A stretch of 59,426 nt of DNA from Basidiobolus meristosporus CBS 931.73 (Eukaryota; Fungi; Basidiobolomycota): the NCBI GenBank assembly GCA_002104905.1, contig MCFE01000550.1:1-59426 (forward strand), written 5' to 3'. This document shows, in pieces, positions 57,374 through 59,426 of this stretch. The position numbers and the translations under genes were made by a program. Numbering within the stretch: the stretch's first letter is position 1; each line of letters starts with the position of its first letter. The notes under the pieces were generated by a model. That model saw nothing but the letters and a program-made list of their open reading frames with translations. It was not told where the DNA came from and did no database searches.

Positions 57374-59426
57374 AGGGGGAGGGAAAGTCACCAAGTTGGT
57401 GAAATCTTTATTTGGGTTAAGAACTAATCTAAGTACAAATAAAGAAGCCAATTAAGAGGTCTAGAACCTCTCTAATAAGTAATCTAATTTATGTTTTGTT
57501 TCATCTCTAATGTTTGTTTCAATAAAGTAAAGCTCATCAGGGGTAAATATAAAATTCAGGGGTTTTGGGGGAAGTACAAATTGTAGATGTTTCTGATCAA
57601 TATAATCCAAGACTGGAACCCAGCCTGGGATTAGGTGTAGTAGGAAAGGTGTGTGGACTTGTAAGTAGCTCTGCCACATAGATCTTAGATGGTCCTGAGC
57701 CAGTAGTCTTGGTTTCTCAGCTTTTTGAAGTTTTGAAGCAAGCTCTGTTACTACAGCAGAGCCAACCAGGGTGTGCCAGCAAGAAGATTTCAGGGAGGAG
57801 TTAGATTGAAGCCATAGTTTGATGGAGGGGTTATGTGATTTCTGAAGTTTGACTAGGAAGGAAGCCCGGAGATAGATCATTCGGATTTGGTATGGGTAGA
57901 ACCCAAAGGCTCCATTAGTTGCATGGATATAGGGAGATACTGGAAGATAAGGTACCAAGGATCTGATACACTGATGGAGAAATTTATCCAGGCGGTGAAG
58001 TTCTCTGGAGGTTAGGGGTATAATGTGGAGACCAAATTCAAGTACTGGCAGCACATACTGCTTCAGAAGTATAGGGATCTTTTGAATTGGAGTGTCTGGA
58101 GTGACTACTACCAGAAGCTTTTTGAGAGCCTGTTGGGCAAGACGGATCCTATTATTCAGGTGGAGCTTTGAGTCAATCCCATGTTGACAAAACGGCAGAC
58201 CTAGATATATTGCAGTTTGTTGTGGCAGAATGCTAGTGTTCTGTATAGTTGTAGTGCATCCAATTGGGACTGTCTTGGAAATTGAGAGTGAGAGGTTGTT
58301 GGCAGCCAAGTACTTCTCAATGATGGCAGTGTCTGCTATGGGATTAGGAGTAGCAATCTTGATATCATCCGCATAGAGAGTTAGTAGTGGATAGGGAGAG
58401 TCTGGTGAGGGGCCTTTTGGAAATAAAGGAAAGTCATGTAGGAATATCACAAATAGTAAGGGACCTAGTACAGATCCTTGGACTACTCCATTTGGAACCT
58501 CATAAGTCTCTGATGTGCAACTTGGATGCAAAATTTTGGCTGAGTTCTCACAAAATAGAGAACGTACAAGAAGGGTCATTGGTAGTGTGGTAACTGCTAA
58601 TAGCTTTCTCCAAAGCAGAGCTCTGTCCACAGAGTCAAAGGCTTTAGTAATGTCAAACAGAATGGTTGGCAATGAGAATTGAAGTGAATGATCATGGCTT
58701 AGCACTACAGCCATATCCAAGGAGAGTTTGGGCAAGAAGCCAAACTGAGAAGGATGGAATGGATATAGTTGAGATTGCAAGGATCTTGCTATCATAAGCT
58801 CAAAGATTTTCCGGCAGGTTGGTAGGAGTGAAACTGGCCGGTAAGAACCTGGGAGTGAGTGTTTCCCCTTCCCTTTGTATAAGGGTATTACATTTGCCTG
58901 TGACCAGGCCTTTGGGGTAGTCAATTGTTGGGCACAGATAGAGTAGAATGGGAGAAGTAAGTGACTCATTTTGGAGTAGCACACCCGGAGTAGATCGTAG
59001 GTAATCAAGTCATGTCCAGGTGCAGTATTTGCAGGAAGCTTCTTTAAAATTTTCTCCAGAAGCTTTGCTGAAACCACAATTGGAGATGTTGGACTGGTGG
59101 ATATGTTACCAGTATGGTAGAAAGGAGGAGTGGGATGCATGGTTGAATCAAAGAATATAGGGGCCAGTTTGTCTGGTGATGGTATACTCCTTGCTTGGGG
59201 TCTCATGGCTTTGTATACTCTTGATATGGACCTTGTGGTGGCATTCATATTTACTAAGGGCAAGGTATCCATGATATGAGCCCATAATCTAGTATGCTCA
59301 GTGATCTGTAGTGACTTGGAGTAGGAGATTGCGCTTTCCAGGAGGTTCTGTGTTTTTGGGTTAGGGAAACATAGGTAGCTGGAATTTAAGGCAGAAATGA
59401 TGGATTTCCATTTAAGTTGGTTTGCA
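57372..59426 (-). mobile_element. E9: family B non-LTR retrotransposon (continues beyond the window)
   Basis: B-type terminus at 57372-57450. The RT is colinear with family A but clearly diverged. Confidence 0.92.
57461..59425 (-). CDS. Family B ORF2 reverse transcriptase (open to the window edge)
   Basis: TAPGHDLI, YRPVSLL, QFGF, DITKAFDSV, GVVQGSVLGPLLF and YADD. The frame stays open upstream of ATG 59272 (ANQLKWKSIISALNSSYLCFPNPKT...). Confidence 0.92.
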   Translation of the reverse strand, partial: ANQLKWKSIISALNSSYLCFPNPKTQNLLESAISYSKSLQITEHTRLWAHIMDTLPLVNMNATTRSISRVYKAMRPQARSIPSPDKLAPIFFDSTMHPTPPFYHTGNISTSPTSPIVVSAKLLEKILKKLPANTAPGHDLITYDLLRVCYSKMSHLLLPFYSICAQQLTTPKAWSQANVIPLYKGKGKHSLPGSYRPVSLLPTCRKIFELMIARSLQSQLYPFHPSQFGFLPKLSLDMAVVLSHDHSLQFSLPTILFDITKAFDSVDRALLWRKLLAVTTLPMTLLVRSLFCENSAKILHPSCTSETYEVPNGVVQGSVLGPLLFVIFLHDFPLFPKGPSPDSPYPLLTLYADDIKIATPNPIADTAIIEKYLAANNLSLSISKTVPIGCTTTIQNTSILPQQTAIYLGLPFCQHGIDSKLHLNNRIRLAQQALKKLLVVVTPDTPIQKIPILLKQYVLPVLEFGLHIIPLTSRELHRLDKFLHQCIRSLVPYLPVSPYIHATNGAFGFYPYQIRMIYLRASFLVKLQKSHNPSIKLWLQSNSSLKSSCWHTLVGSAVVTELASKLQKAEKPRLLAQDHLRSMWQSYLQVHTPFLLHLIPGWVPVLDYIDQKHLQFVLPPKPLNFIFTPDELYFIETNIRDETKHKLDYLLERF

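Noticed and set aside
51852-57451. ORFs 51852-52415, 52393-52770, 56126-56554, 57248-57451 and the start of 50771-51427 as real proteins
   Set aside because: They are read across element junctions or in alternative frames; their N-termini are translated terminus or telomere sequence.
46668-59426. Penelope-like (Athena/Coprina) telomeric retroelements
   Set aside because: Orientation and telomeric tails are similar, but the RT has LINE-type motifs (YRPISLL, QFGF, GVxQGS) and family A has an upstream APE domain. No pseudo-LTRs or GIY-YIG domain were seen.

Overview
This is eukaryotic, intron-rich fungal DNA (GT..AG introns, CTAAC/CTAAT branch sites). It is probably from an early-diverging fungus; that is an inference, not a database result. 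The window appears to run from a gene-dense chromosome arm into a chromosome end. Bases 1-45.8 kb hold about 16 genes: SOD1 (partial), DCS1, TOP2, GCD2, CCS1, an MTFR1-like protein, a beta-helix lyase-like protein, GDB1, an MFS transporter, a 7TM receptor, a ROM2-like RhoGEF, an intronless divergent beta-tubulin, VRG4, an arrestin-fold protein, a Reeler protein and a LEA_2-like membrane protein. From ~46.4 kb the DNA becomes CpG-depleted and G-skewed. It forms a head-to-tail array of nine non-LTR retroelement copies plus one relic, all on the minus strand with 5' ends toward the right edge. Nearly every junction carries only one or two TTAGGG units, and there are no poly(A) tails. The array contains two RT-coding families (A, which shows an APE domain, and B), a ~0.93-kb ORF1-only non-autonomous element (S) and a further unidentified body. 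All share a conserved double-hairpin 3' terminus ending in (C)nTAACCC. This architecture parallels Drosophila HeT-A/TART/TAHRE but is interleaved with telomerase-type repeats, and it is the main candidate novel system. ORF2 of family A has no AUG near its start and follows ORF1 in frame across a TGA-CTA readthrough context. No searches or computations were run. Some frameshifts may be assembly errors.
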